Assembly: GCA_030324005.1 (NCBI GenBank)
Contig: JARDVH010000140.1
Coordinates: 31,667,959-31,731,958 of the forward strand
DNA: 64,000 nucleotides
Direction of reading: 5' to 3'
Source: Negaprion brevirostris
Taxonomy: Eukaryota
Positions within the stretch are counted from its first letter, which is position 1. Each line of letters starts with the position of its first letter. Positions 10,440 to 23,120 of this stretch are shown here, piece after piece. The notes below the pieces were generated by a model that was given only the letters and a program-made list of their open reading frames with translations, was not told where the DNA came from and did not search any database. Made by a program: the position numbers and the translations under genes.

Positions 10440-11990
10440 AGGACTGCTAACTGTTTAGAAAGGGTGGAAGGGATAACCTGAATAATTGTAAGCAGGTCAG
10501 CTTAACCTTTTTAGTGGGCAAATTATGGGCAGAATTTTCTCACTGGTGCGAATCCGATTGCAATTTTCCCATACTCAGGCATGAACTTTACCATCCTGCC
10601 CACCACGTGGATTGGAGCAGGCGACGGTTGGAACATGGGGAGATCCATTGACTTCAGATGTGCGAGGCTGTAAAATCCCACCCTTAGTCCTTTTTTTGGG
10701 AGAGTGGTGAGTTTGTCACCACTCCTGAGAGAGAAGGGGCCGAAGCATGCTGGGTAAGCCCGACTTAAGAGATCTGGCGCCATTTTTAAAGGGCAACCCA
10801 ATCTGAAATTGAAATTGAGGACCCCGCCTGCTTCCCCCATTGAAGGGTGTTTATTCAAACTGCTTCCCACAAAGATCTTTGGCATTGGGGCATTGGAGCC
10901 CTCCCAATAGATCCCCCTTCATACCCTCTTCATAACCCCCCTATCCATGATCNNNNNNNNNNNNNNNNNNNNNNNNNNNNNNNNNNNNNNNNNNNNNNNN
11001 NNNNNNNNNNNNNNNNNNNNNNNNNNNNNNNNNNNNNNNNNNNNNNNNNNNNCTCCCCCCCCCCAACTTAGCACTGACCCTGGCATCCTGGCAGTTCCCC
11101 ATCTGACAAATTGGCAATGCCCAGTCATATCCTCAACCACTTGGAGCTTCAGTGGTCTCCAGACACTCCATGGCATGACTATCTTACCTCATCTCCTTAT
11201 TTGGAGCCCGGTAGTGGTTCTTGCCACATTCACGCTTTGCCCAAGATTGGGAAAGTCCCGGGGAGAGGGATGATCTGGCCCTGAATGGATTCAGCATATT
11301 CAAATGTTCATTTAAGGGCAGGAACTAGATTACCTCTGGTAGTGGCGAGTGGGAAGGTACCAACGACGTTTGGCAATGGCACAGAGCTCGTGAAACCATT
11401 CACCTGCAATTCTCCTGCCCCGCTCTGCTCTAATGTGTTCCTCCCTGGAAAATCGCAGCCCATAAGTCATCAGTTAGAAAGACATGGATTAATTAAGGAC
11501 AGTCAGCATGGGTTTGTTATGGGTACACCTGATCCCACTGACTTGATAGAATGTTTTGAGGAGGTAAGGATAGCATGTTTCATGTAATCTACATGGATTT
11601 TTATTAAGCCTTTTGACAAGATGTCACGCGGCAGACTGGTTAAAAAAATGAAAGCCTTGGAAGTCAAGGGAAAGTAATAAGTTAGATCCAGAATTGACTC
11701 AGTGGTAGGAAGTAAAGAATAAGTATCCAAACATGCTTTTGTGACTGGAAGACCATTCTAGTGGAGTTCCCAAGCTACATGCTGAATCTCTTGCTTTTTG
11801 GGGTACTTGTTAATGGTTTAGATTTAAATGTAGTGGGAAGGATTAAAAGATTTCCAGAAGTGCTGACCACATGGATTTCAGTATGACATTTGACCAAGTC
11901 CCAACTGACAGACTACTCATCCAAAAGGTGGCAACTTGGATCCAAAATTGGCTGAGTGACATGAAAAAAAGATTGATTGATGTTTTTGCT
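10440..11990 (+). mobile_element. CR1 RT fragments split by a DNA-transposon insertion
   Basis: Left piece encodes KGGRDNLNNCKQVSLTFLVGKL. Right piece resumes SHQLERHGLIKDSQHGFVMG...YMDF.KPFDK. Confidence 0.75.
10527..11461. mobile_element. Non-autonomous Harbinger-like element nested in CR1, with an internal short MITE (~10579-10683)
   Basis: Ends gggcagaattttctc and ggaaaatcgcagccc. It interrupts a contiguous CR1 RT reading. Confidence 0.65.
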
Positions 11991-12749
11991 AATGGAAAAC
12001 AGTTTCCACAAAACTTAATGTTGGAGCCTTNNNNNNNNNNNNNNNNNNNNNNNNNNNNNNNNNNNNNNNNNNGAAGCAATGGGAGTTGGTCTTTCTTGAT
12101 TCCTTGCATGGTTGGGTAACAACGTTGGTTTGAAATGGCATAATGTTTACAGGTTCTGAATGCTGAGGGAGGTGTAACACACCATTGAGTTCTTGCACCT
12201 CTTGTACAATTCTCTTTATAAATACACGTTTGAACCTCCAAATAGTTGTCTGGAGCCTATATGTACTTTCAAGATGCACAGCAGCTTCAGAATAATTATG
12301 TAATTGTATTTGTACATTACTTACTATGTAAGATCATTAATTACTCCAGAAGCATTAATTAATATCCTGCAGGAGATGTTTTCAATGCATTCTAAGCAGT
12401 AAAAGCTATGTTAATGTGTCACCTTCAGCAATTAATTTTCAAATCTGAACCCTGGGAATTATTTCCGTGACAACATATTTTGGAATCATTTTTTCATTTT
12501 CTGAGAAGTGGCTGCATCAAGTGTTGCACTTGGAGCATAAAGTATTCATGAAAGTTTAGAAAAGAGATCAGAAATGTTATGGCCACATGAGGAGGGGTAA
12601 ACAGTGACTCCTCTAATTTACCACTCTGGTACAGGTCAGGCTGCTATCGAGTTTTATTGTGAATTTAGCAATTATATTCTCAGCCAACACTTTCAGGTCA
12701 TAAAGAATTAATCAGAAAGATTTTATGATTTTAAGTCAATGAATATAAT

Positions 12750-13743
12750 GGGAGCAATCTTTCCAAAAAAATGCCAAGTGCCATAAAAGTCTGAAAACGG
12801 GTGTGTTCTACACTCATTTCTTTGGGCGGGTTTGGCACTGTGATCTTTCCACGCAGTTTTTCTGACAGCTGAGAGATTCACGCCGGAAGGGGGGGCTGGA
12901 ACCTGTGTAAGCCAGTGAAGCCAGCTGCAGACTGCTCTGGATGTCATTGCACAGGATGCCCCATCTGATGGCAAACTGGGAGACCTGCTCTCATCGCCCC
13001 TATGGACATTGTACCCTCCGCATCATTGGTGGCATACACTGGCCCTACACCAACATGGGTTGCTGACATCGGGGCATCAGGACCCTTCCAATGAGTCTCT
13101 GGAGGAACACCTACACCTCCCCAAACGCACCCCCTCAATGCCAATCACCCCGCCCATACACGTCTCCCTTGCATAGACCTCCCCCCCCTTGTAGAGCTCT
13201 CCCCTTGCCCAGCTACCTCCTTGCATAGCCTTCACACAGAACGCCCCCACTTACATAGCCCCCGCCTCCCCTTGCATAAGCCATCCAAATGTGTGCAAAA
13301 AGAGTGCGAAAAACCTCTTTACCATTGCCAGTCAGGCCCCATCCCATTGGCACTGCCCTGGCATACTTCTGGTGCCCTGATGGGCATTGCCTGACCATGC
13401 TCTTTACCACTCCAGGGCTTCAATGGCCTTCAATGTCCCCAGCATTGCCTTGGCACCTGGTCTCTGCTGATAGAGATCAGCAGTGATTCTCACCAGCATG
13501 ACATCGTGCCAGCAAGGGAGAGAAGATTCCAGGAGCCCCAGAAGATGCTGTGCAGCAGCAGGCAAGTCGTTTTACTTTAAGTAAATATGTTTTGCACCCT
13601 TTCTGGATGTGAAGTCAATCTGACAGCAAAATAGCGCCGGGAAGTTAGCAAAATGGTGCAGATCGTTTTTTTTAGCCTTACCTGCGATCTTTCCAGCTTG
13701 CCACACTGATTGACTGACTCAGCGGGCCAGTAAGTTTGCACCC
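12750..13743. mobile_element. Non-autonomous Harbinger-like DNA element
   Basis: Ends gggagcaatctttcc and cagtaagtttgcaccc. C-rich interior with ggca/tgcc motifs like 3753-4890. Confidence 0.55.
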
Positions 13744-14739
13744 ATTAGATCTATTGTCCCTACTTCTTGAATTTAAAATCAAGGTATATTGCAACCACCA
13801 TTCATACATCACATGCATACATCCCTGGGCCCCACACACCCACCACTGTAGATGATAGTCTTGCTGATAGAATAAGAGGATAGGCTGAAAGATAATTTGC
13901 TGTTTATGAAGAAGATAAATAGTCAAAAGAAAATATGATTAACTGTCCTTTAGCTGGTCTCGATATGATGTTCCCACATTGCAGCCATTTTGTTCAGTTG
14001 TCTTCCAGGGTCTGGCTGCAGGGAAACAGATTTTCACATTTTAATCCCCAAAAGATCTTGGTTTGCAGTAGATGTGTCTTGTAAGGATGTTTACTCTGCA
14101 AACCTGTGCACAATATTTCCAGGAAAGACTTGACTTGATAAAACAGTTCATGAAAATACTTGCTAGCTGCCTGTTCCTGAGGAATTTGATTACCATGTCT
14201 GTGATGTCGTTATGTTGTGGATTACATTTTTGGTATCTCACCTTGGAATCTTCTGAAGAGTAGAAGTCAGCGGGAGATGAGGGGGTCTTTCACACTCCCT
14301 AGGGTGGCGGAGAGGGGTTTTGAGAGTCTCCTCTTTTTCATCCTCCTTGGGTTGGGATAACAATTGTATGTTCAACTGGCTGGCAGTCTTAATGAGATTA
14401 CACTTTATTAGAATCCGGCCGAAAGAAAAAGGCATTGGAAATTGTTTTTTTAAGAAACACATCCTCATCATAGAAACTAATTAAACACTAATTATGTTCA
14501 TTTTGTTTGCTCATAATTATAAATAGTTATACATCTCATTAATCAATAAACCCCTCAATTGGTATATTAATCCTGGTGGCTAGTTTGCAGTGTCTGTGCT
14601 TATTTAATCTACTTGATTTTGCAGCTATGTATTGAGTAAAGTAAAGGTTTGTAACAATTCACGAAGTATTTCATTTATCTTTAACTTACATATACCATGC
14701 TTTAAGACGTAACATGTAAAGTATTTCTTTTTTCTTTTA

Positions 14740-14895
14740 AAAAGCACCTGGATGAGCAGTTTGCACATCATAACATTTAAGGCTATGAGCCAGGTGCTGG
14801 TAAATGGGATTAGGTGGAAGGTCAGATGTTTCTCACACGTTGGTGCAGACTGGATGAGCCGAAGGGCTTCTTCTGCATTGTATGACACTATGAAA
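14740..14895 (+). mobile_element. CR1 LINE 3' tail
   Basis: ggtgcagactggatgagccgaagggc..ctgcattgtatgacactatga is the CR1 3' stem and repeat. Confidence 0.7.
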
Positions 14896-15262
14896 TCCTA
14901 TCTGTGGAACAATGGACAAAAGTTTCCTCATGTAATGTGCATCCATATTAACAGTTTGGTTCACCTTCAGTACTATCATTGACATATTCTGGGAATCCCT
15001 TGTTACTTATGTGACTACAACATCAGGTTTCCCTGACATGTAAGTTTTTTTTTTGTATTTGAAGCTTTTTCTCACCTTATTGTAATTTTGGTCACTTCAT
15101 CTTAAACGGCTCTCTGGATTTCTGTTGCCTTACTGTGCTTTGAGTTGACCTAGTTTCAATTTTCACTGTGCTTTTTTTTTCTTTCTTTCTCCCCAACCCA
15201 CCCCCCCCCACCCCTTCCTTGCATGCACTCAACCACTGTACATGTTAACCATATCGCAACAG

Positions 15263-16555
15263 CCTGAGCAGTGTGAAACTGATAGCGATGAGGAGTTTCT
15301 GGAGAAAATTCTAGAACTTCCTCTGCAGAAACGTTACAGTAAGAAACTATTCAGCATTCCTGAAGTGACAGAGGAGGAGGAGGATGAGGAGGTGGCGGAG
15401 CAGGCGGTCATCTGTGACAGCAGCCAGGCTGATATTAGAAACCAGGAAGAAAAAGAAAGTGGCTCTGTTTGCCCCCAGGAGGGAGGACAATTAGAGGAAC
15501 AGGATCAGGCACTTAACTGTGTGCAAAGTAGTTCTGACAACAACAGGGAGAAAGACCAAGCCTTGAACAGTGATACCAAAAATCAAGAATTGGAAGAAAT
15601 ACCAAGCTCCAGTATCAGTCAGGGTAACTGCAAAGATTTAGCTCAGGAAGCTATGGATTCTAATGATCCACAGAATGAGCTAAAGACTATGGACGTGGAA
15701 GAGGTAGTGATGTGTGAGCCAATGTGTGATCAGAGCAGTAGACAGGATCCAGATGAAACGCAGCCTCACTACCCAAAAACTAACATCAAAAACAAAGAAT
15801 GGAGTGAAGAGACGAGTGGGTATGCATATCCTGATGCCAATGTTAATCATACCTACTCCCCGGAGTATACCAGATCCCAGCGACAGGAGGGAAGTGTTGT
15901 AGAATACATAGAGGACAATGCCGTTGAATACTCTGACCTGGATGTGACTGAATGTATAAAGAAATCTGTAATAGAGGAGCAGCGTCACAGGGATATTTTG
16001 GAGCCAAATACTTTTGAGCCAATATCCATCTTAAAGCAACCTCAGACACGGATAAGGTCCACAGATTGGAAAGAATTGAATGCAACAGTAACTGGGAACC
16101 CACGTTACCACAGGAGAGAGGAAGTGTCTCTTAAACACCTGGAGATAGACATAGAGTATGGCACTGAGGAGGAAGAAGAAGTGGTGACTCCCAACTTACA
16201 CCTCTGCACGCAAGTTATTCACTTGGATCAGATGAGACCACGTTGGTGGGACAGTAGCAGGACTAACAGAGAAGGTATGGGTGAGTACTGCAGGTACTGT
16301 GAGTGCCCCAAGTCAAAAGAACAGAGGCAGGCCTTTGTCAAAGACAATGTTTTTGATTCAAGCTCCTGTGGTGCCAAGTCTCCCCGTCATCATAGAAGAA
16401 AGAATAAGACTGTTCGCCCCAGGAGCCTGTTACTTTGCGAACGAGACAAGCTAAAAGGAAGGATAGCCGAGGAGAAAGCATTCGAGGCTTGGACGTTGGA
16501 GCCTTATGAATTGGGCAGGAGAAGGACAAGGGCACAGGATTCAGCATGTTCACGG
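15263..16555 (+). CDS. TSPOAP1: RIMBP1 large acidic exon (PEQCETDSDEEFLEKILELPLQK..SKKLFSIPEVTEEE...SACSR)
   Basis: Acceptor gcaacag|CCT and donor CGG|gtgtgt. 1293 nt, phase 0-0. ETDSDEE-x-LE-x-ILELPLQ, KKLFSIPE and LEIDIEY motifs are typical of RIMBP1. An alternative donor exists at 16684. Confidence 0.88.
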
Positions 16556-19500
16556 GTGTGTGTTTATCTCATTGTTCACCTGCTCCATTCTTCTCTTAGT
16601 TTTGTTTTTTGTGGCTGTCTGTCTGTTTCAATGCTGTGTGTGCTTTCTGCCATGTGCCTGTTGTACACATGTCCTTCACTATTGGTGAGTAGCGTGAAGC
16701 GGTAGTCCATGCTTTCCTAGCATCAATGTCTTTCAGCCCATTGGTAACCAACTGAACTAAAATTAAAAATATCTGCCAGGCTCTCTGTAACATAATAATT
16801 ATCACCCATTATGTTAATGCAAGTTTTCATGCTAGGAGACCATGGTGAGGATGCAAAGCAGTACTGTCACTAGGATTTCATCAACATTAATCACCCAATA
16901 CTGCAATAATAGATTCTGCCTTCAAAATACATAATTTGCATCAGGCGAGGACTATATAACACCAGGATGCTGGTTGCAGATAGGAATAATTTGGCAGGCA
17001 AATTAAGCATGCCATATAAAGTGTGTATTGGTGTAAGTGGAATTTTGACTCCAGTACCTCAAACCAGCCTCGTGACAAAACTGCTTGTGTTTTTGTAGTG
17101 ATTGAGAGCTTAGTGATTCAATAACTTCTGATTTGGGTCCAATATAGCTTGTGAAATGACAAAAAAATGGAATGCTGTTCTGCATTTCATTTCTTTGATT
17201 AAGAAGCAATTTAAGGTTTTTTTTCTTTCTGGTGTTCTGCCCAGTATTCTGTCCCAATAGCTTCGAGGTAATCGCGCAGAGGTGGGTGAAAGCCATCTCC
17301 ATGATTTTCTCCCTCTAACTATTTTTCCTTCTTTAGGAGTGCTTAACCCTTGGAAGAAGTGACTGCTACTGCACAGTGAATGAGAGACACAGGCCTGGGT
17401 TCTCATTCTCAAGGAAGGTGTGCCAAGCCGGGACATTTCCTGGCTTTCAGGCATCTGTCATGGGAAAACGTGCTCCAAATGGCAGGATCTTTGTTCCGAC
17501 GAGGGAGGGTGCAGGATGGAGGCAGGCCAACGACTCGCAGCTGCAAATCAGCGGTGGCTACAGAGACTACCAAGTGCCTTGTTTCTCTGGGACTTCATCC
17601 CAGTTGTTTTGTTGAATATTAGGCCTCACCCCCTCATGCTACCACCCAACTCATACCAACCCATGCCCCTCAATAACCCTCATGGTGCTTTACAGCCCTT
17701 ATGCCAACTTATGTTCCCCACTCAACACTATTTTCTCATACATGCCAACCCCCACCCTATAACCACCATAGGCGCACCTCAGGAGCCATGCTGAGATGAA
17801 CTAAAATAAGCTTCGAAATGTCTATTATAGATTTCCCTATATTGAAAGAAACTTCATTCATGAAAGTGTATTCAATGCATTTAAAACCCCTCAATTACTT
17901 CATCTTTTATAAAACAAACATTTGTGTTCATAACCCCGCATCAAAGCAGCTAGTCCATTATGTATCTCTTGGAGCTGGCAATCAAACTGAATTTACAGAC
18001 CGCAATATGATTATGATAGGTTGTGGAAAACAATAATAATGCTATAATGGTAGCACTTTAGATCATGCCTACAAACAACTGTTAAAATAGCAAGCACAGA
18101 TTCTTTTCAACTCACAAACGCAGGCAGGTTTTTAAAATTTTTAAATGGAAGGCTATTTAAGTAATTTGATGGTTTGACAGATCTTATCAGCTCTTCACAA
18201 GTTTTTGGATCTACTCTGAAAATCCACAACTCTCGCAGTGTGGGATAAACCTCTTGCTAGCCCCAAAACACAGTTTACTCTTCAATGAATTCCAATGGCT
18301 CTGCTGAATTCACGCTTCCCTCCTGTGTAACTCATACCTCACTCCCTTTCCTACTCTGGTGAAAATAGATTCTGTCGGAAATGGACTTCCAGATGTGGGT
18401 CCTTCCCATCAACTTTCAAGGTCCATGGACTGTCAAGACTCATTGGAATTCTTGCCCATATCTCCTGGAAGACCTCCAGAACTCATTCCTAAGACTGATT
18501 TGATTGGAAAACATATGCTATCCTCAGAAGGATAGGTTATAATAAATATATGAAGTACACTGACCAGAATGAATAGAGGAAATGCACAAATCTCAAGGAA
18601 TGTAGGAGGGACAGTGATTATTGTGCCTTTGTTTTGAGATTCCTGGTAAATAGTGGCCACATAGAGCACGCTCCCAGAGAAGGCACCTGATCTTGGCTCA
18701 GTTGAGAATGCTGGATTAATATCTGTTGAGAAGAAAATTGGGGATATTAAGCTGAGCATATTAATAGAAACATTGATTGTTTTTTTTCCCCAGTGATCAT
18801 AGTGGAAGGAGCTTAAAAGTTATGAGGTAATTCATTTCAGAATAAGCAAATAAAGTCTATATGGAAAGGGATCAATAAACCAAAGTGGTTTTTCCTTCTT
18901 CAGACACTAATGATCTTAAATAGAACCACTTTTGAGGGATAATCCATTTGTCAGTCTTTTGAGATTTTTAAAAAAGTTTTTGTGGTAACTTTTCATTTAA
19001 TCCATCGTGTGGTGAGGTTTGCCAAATGGACAAGGCAGATTCTGATGGAGAGTACACGAGTGACCACTCAAGCCAGTCTAGAAGACATCATTAATGACAA
19101 TGGCCCAAAAATCATGTCAGAGGAACATGAGGCTAATAGCACCTCCCATTATTTATGTTCAAAATCCTCAGCTACTTCAGGCAAGGACAGGTGCACAATT
19201 AAATGCAGAAATTGTAATGTTGGCTCTCAGAGATCCACCACTTTGACATTAGCTTCACAGAAACAGCTTCTCTGACTGGTTCCCCAGTCAAATGTATCGA
19301 ATAGCATGAAGTGCCTGTACATATCTGCAAGCATAGGCACTTCAGATACTTGCAGATACGCATTAACAGAAAGTTACATGCTGTCTGTTTCTTAATGATC
19401 TGAATACAATTACGCTCTTATTATAATCAGGCTGCAATTTTGAATTAAGTTGATGTTCTCACGTTTAGAAATTGCCAATTTAATAATGTGATCTCCTTCA

Positions 19501-21788
19501 GGCTCAAAGAGATCTATCTCATTGTACCCATTTTGAAGTCTACTCAAAGGATGCTTGAAAGATCTCTGATACTTCGTTGGCTTGAGGCATTTTTCAAGGA
19601 TTCCCTTGAAAATTAGGAATTACTGACTATTTTGGAACCTCTCTAGAAATTGGACGTTGTAGAGCCACAAACCAAAGGTGAATCAATATCAAAAGGTGAT
19701 ACTGAGGAGCAAGTCAATGCCACAGTATAGCCCGTGCCTCGCCGCTGATCGATCCCCCACCTCTGGACTCTGCCCTGGTCCTGGGACTGCATGTCAGATG
19801 TCACATTGACTGCAGAATGGAGTTTACCTTTCTAAAATAGGCAAACCATTTCGGATCAAGCCCTGTTTACGCATGAAAAGTAGTTTCTTTCTATTTACCA
19901 TTCAGGAGTATGTGACTGTAAGGTCTGTTTGTCGGCTGGATGTTGACCACTGATCTTTCTAGCAGAGTATTCCTTCAGGCAGCATTCAACCTTTGCTGTT
20001 TGTTTCAAAGGAATTTGCATAGTGAGTCATAGTGACTTACCCACCAAAGTGAAAAGGCTTTTTCAGAAGTACAAAATCCTGACAACGGATAAACCTGGGA
20101 CAGTTTTGAATTGTATATTACTCAAAGAATCCCACATTTCCTGTTTTCTGTCCTCAGATTCTGATGGTCAGAATAGGCAAATCTCCTACTCCCAAGTCAT
20201 TGATTCTCATTTAACATGGACATGCAACGTGTCCTCCAATATCTCCTACCTTTACACAAGCAGGGCCAATTGTCTTTATCTCTGATGTCAGTATTGATTT
20301 ACTTGTTGCCAAGCCTTGCACCTTTGCCCAATTTCTTCATACAGTTGTTATTCTTGCTGTGTCTGTGTGATGGATTCTGTTAGGGCATATCTATCAGTCC
20401 CTATAGATGCCTGGGCTCTAGCTCCTCAGTACCTAAAAGCTTATTGCCTGGGAACAAGGCAGATATATATGTTAGGTACATTTGCCTTTCCAGTTTTCGA
20501 ATGTCCACAAGACAGAAATAGACACTATTTAGTAATTTGGACAATGTCAGTAGATTGTTGATGGACCAGATCTCTGGATGTTTGGAGGCATACACAAAAA
20601 CAAGTCCCTATTTCATTTCATTGAAAAAAATTAGCTGTTTTTGCAAAATCTAAGACTCATTTGGATGCAAAACCATCCCGTCAGCATTTATAATGTCAGT
20701 TCAGATGCAGTTTACCAGCTTGTTCCTGTACTTTACCACCATATAATAGAGCTTAATGTGTAAGCTTTAACAAAAAAATAGTTAAAATGGAGACTTAGAA
20801 ATCGCTGACCGGAATAAAGAATGACGTATGAGCATGTGGAAAAGTGACTATATAGGACCTGTGATCACGCAGGAGGTTGATATGCCAGTTCCTTTTAATA
20901 GTGAAATTGCATTGAGTCACAGGACAAGGTAAAAGCAAGAAGAATCAGGCTGTTCCATGTGGAAAGCTCTGTAGACTCAGAGTTAGAAGTTGCTATAGTT
21001 TGTCATTGCTAGCTGCCTAGTCTATATGTTGCTCTATTGTTGGAATATCTCTGCTGTCCTGTCTGGGAGACAGGTCTGTCCATTGAACTCAATCTTTATT
21101 TGAAGAAAAACCATTATTTTAATATTATGTAGCTTGGAAAGGATGGATTTTCAATTGACTAGTCAGTACATGGAAAATATCCAATTCCATCAGAAATGCA
21201 CGTTACCCAACATCAAATCTGGCTCCCTGTAGGACACCAACATCCAATCCCACCCAGAAGTCTCCCCAGACTTGGACACATCCCCATACCTTCCATCACT
21301 GACAAATAATTCACAAAGCACAATGCCTGGCAGTTTTGTAACACTGTGAGGCACGATTCACATGACAGCACCACATTGGAAGTGTGGAGTATGTGTGAAA
21401 ATCATGATAGCCCAAGCACTAAAGGCAGCTAATGTGTATTAGATGTGTGCACAGAGAAAAGTCTTTCTGTGCAGCACCAAGCCACAAGCTGTCATGGGCC
21501 TCGTTGAGTTTGCTAGCGTGCGAGAGACTGGGAGTTTTCTTGTGCCTGGGTGACAATGCACAAGAGATAATAGTGAATTTATGGTATGCAAGGGTCTGTG
21601 ATGAGATTGGAATGAGGGCAGTCTGTGTGATACTGGAGCCAGTGCACAGGAAAATGTGGTAAGTATACGGACTTGCAGATGTTTGAAAATCTGAGGATGA
21701 ACTATAACTGGAAAAGTTACATATATGCTGGAATATATTATTTCTTGGATCCCTTTGCTTCGATCTTTCTGTGTTATCTGTTTTTCAG

Positions 21789-21912
21789 GGCTTTGCTATA
21801 AACACAAATCCAGTATCGCACTGTCTAAATGACTCTCCTGCGATGCGCATTTTAAATCCCAAGAACAGCCCATCTCTCATGCTCCGCAGAAGTGAAATGC
21901 TCTCATCCAAAG
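21789..21912 (+). CDS. TSPOAP1: RIMBP1 linker exon (GFAINTNPVS...MLSSK)
   Basis: Acceptor tctgtttttcag|GGC and donor AAG|gtcagt. 124 nt, open frame. It supplies the phase 0 to 1 change needed between the flanking exons. Confidence 0.75.
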
Positions 21913-22299
21913 GTCAGTATCAACCATCCTTCAGTGTAGCTTTGTAGATCTCCAAATTAAACAGCAAAATCCCAATTCTGAAATTTGTTTCTTACCAAGT
22001 GAACCAGTCTTTGCTGCTGCCATAGTCTCTGGGGCTTTTTANNNNNNNNNNNNNNNNNNNNNNNNNNNNNNNNNNNNNNNNATGCTGATTAAACTCAGTC
22101 CAGCCATTCCATCCCCACAATTGCTCACACTCTCAATACATCAGCTATTAATAAAACAGATACATTCCTGAATTTTATTGATGAAAAGCTTTGAATATTA
22201 AATTCAGAATCTTATGTCAATCAAAATATAATTTCAAACTGTTGATCAGACGACGTACATTGTGCATCTTTAGGTTCCACTCATTCAGAAAGACACAAA

Positions 22300-22600
22300 G
22301 GCAATAGAAAGGGTAGAGCAAACACTCACTTGAATCAGACAGTGGAGAGAGTACAGCACACATTCACTGGGATATTACAGTAGAGAGGGTACAGCACACA
22401 TTCATTGGGATATTGCAGTGGAGAGAGTACAGCACACATTCACTCGGATATTGCAGTAGCGAGGGTACAGCACACATTCACTGGGATATTGCAGTGGAGA
22501 GGGTACAGCACACATTACTAAGATGAGGCAGTAGGGAGGATACTGCACACATTCACTTGGCTGAGACACCAGAAAGCGTACAGCACATATTCAGTATGAT
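22300..22600 (+). repeat. 38-bp minisatellite (~7 copies) derived from a CR1 motif
   Basis: Repeated unit gagagggtacagcacacattcactgggatattgcagtg. Confidence 0.9.
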
Positions 22601-22603
22601 GCT

Positions 22604-22830
22604 GAAACAAAAGCGAAGTGCTGCATTAACTGGAAATCTGTCCCCTAAACAGAAATTGTTGGAAATGGTTAGCAGGTCTTGCAGCATCTGAGAGAGAGAG
22701 AAACAAATGTTAACATTTAGCTCTGTTTTCTTTATTCTGACAAGGTTGCACACTTGAAAAGTTAACTCAGCTTCTCCATGGATGCTGACTTGCCTGCTGA
22801 GTATTTGCAGCTTTTTTCTATTTTTTTTCA
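22604..22830. mobile_element. Penelope-like inverted terminal (pLTR) fragment with degenerate hammerhead core
   Basis: Inverted arms gcaggtcttgcagcatctg and ggatgctgacttgcctgc surround ctgacaaggttgcacacttgaaaagttaac. Confidence 0.6.
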
Positions 22831-23120
22831 CTAAGGTGCCTCCTTGTATGATGAAATACTAATACAACAAATGACTTGAGAATAAATTTTGCTTGTATTT
22901 GATGGAACAGAGGAGATTACAGAATGATTAATCTTTAAATTTGTGAACAGATGGCGCAGGGCAGATAGAAACAGATTGTTTTAGTTATCCCTGTTTGTTC
23001 TCACGTGACACTAAATATCTTGTGTATTCTTAGTTAGCCTGAAATCTGAGAAAATTGTGGTGGGTGTAGTTTTTGTTAATGGCACGTCCTGTTGGGAATT
23101 CCAGGATATTGTCTTGCAAC

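Noticed and set aside
22300-22600. Regularly spaced repeats superficially like a CRISPR array
   Set aside because: The units are contiguous with no unique spacers, in a eukaryotic intron.
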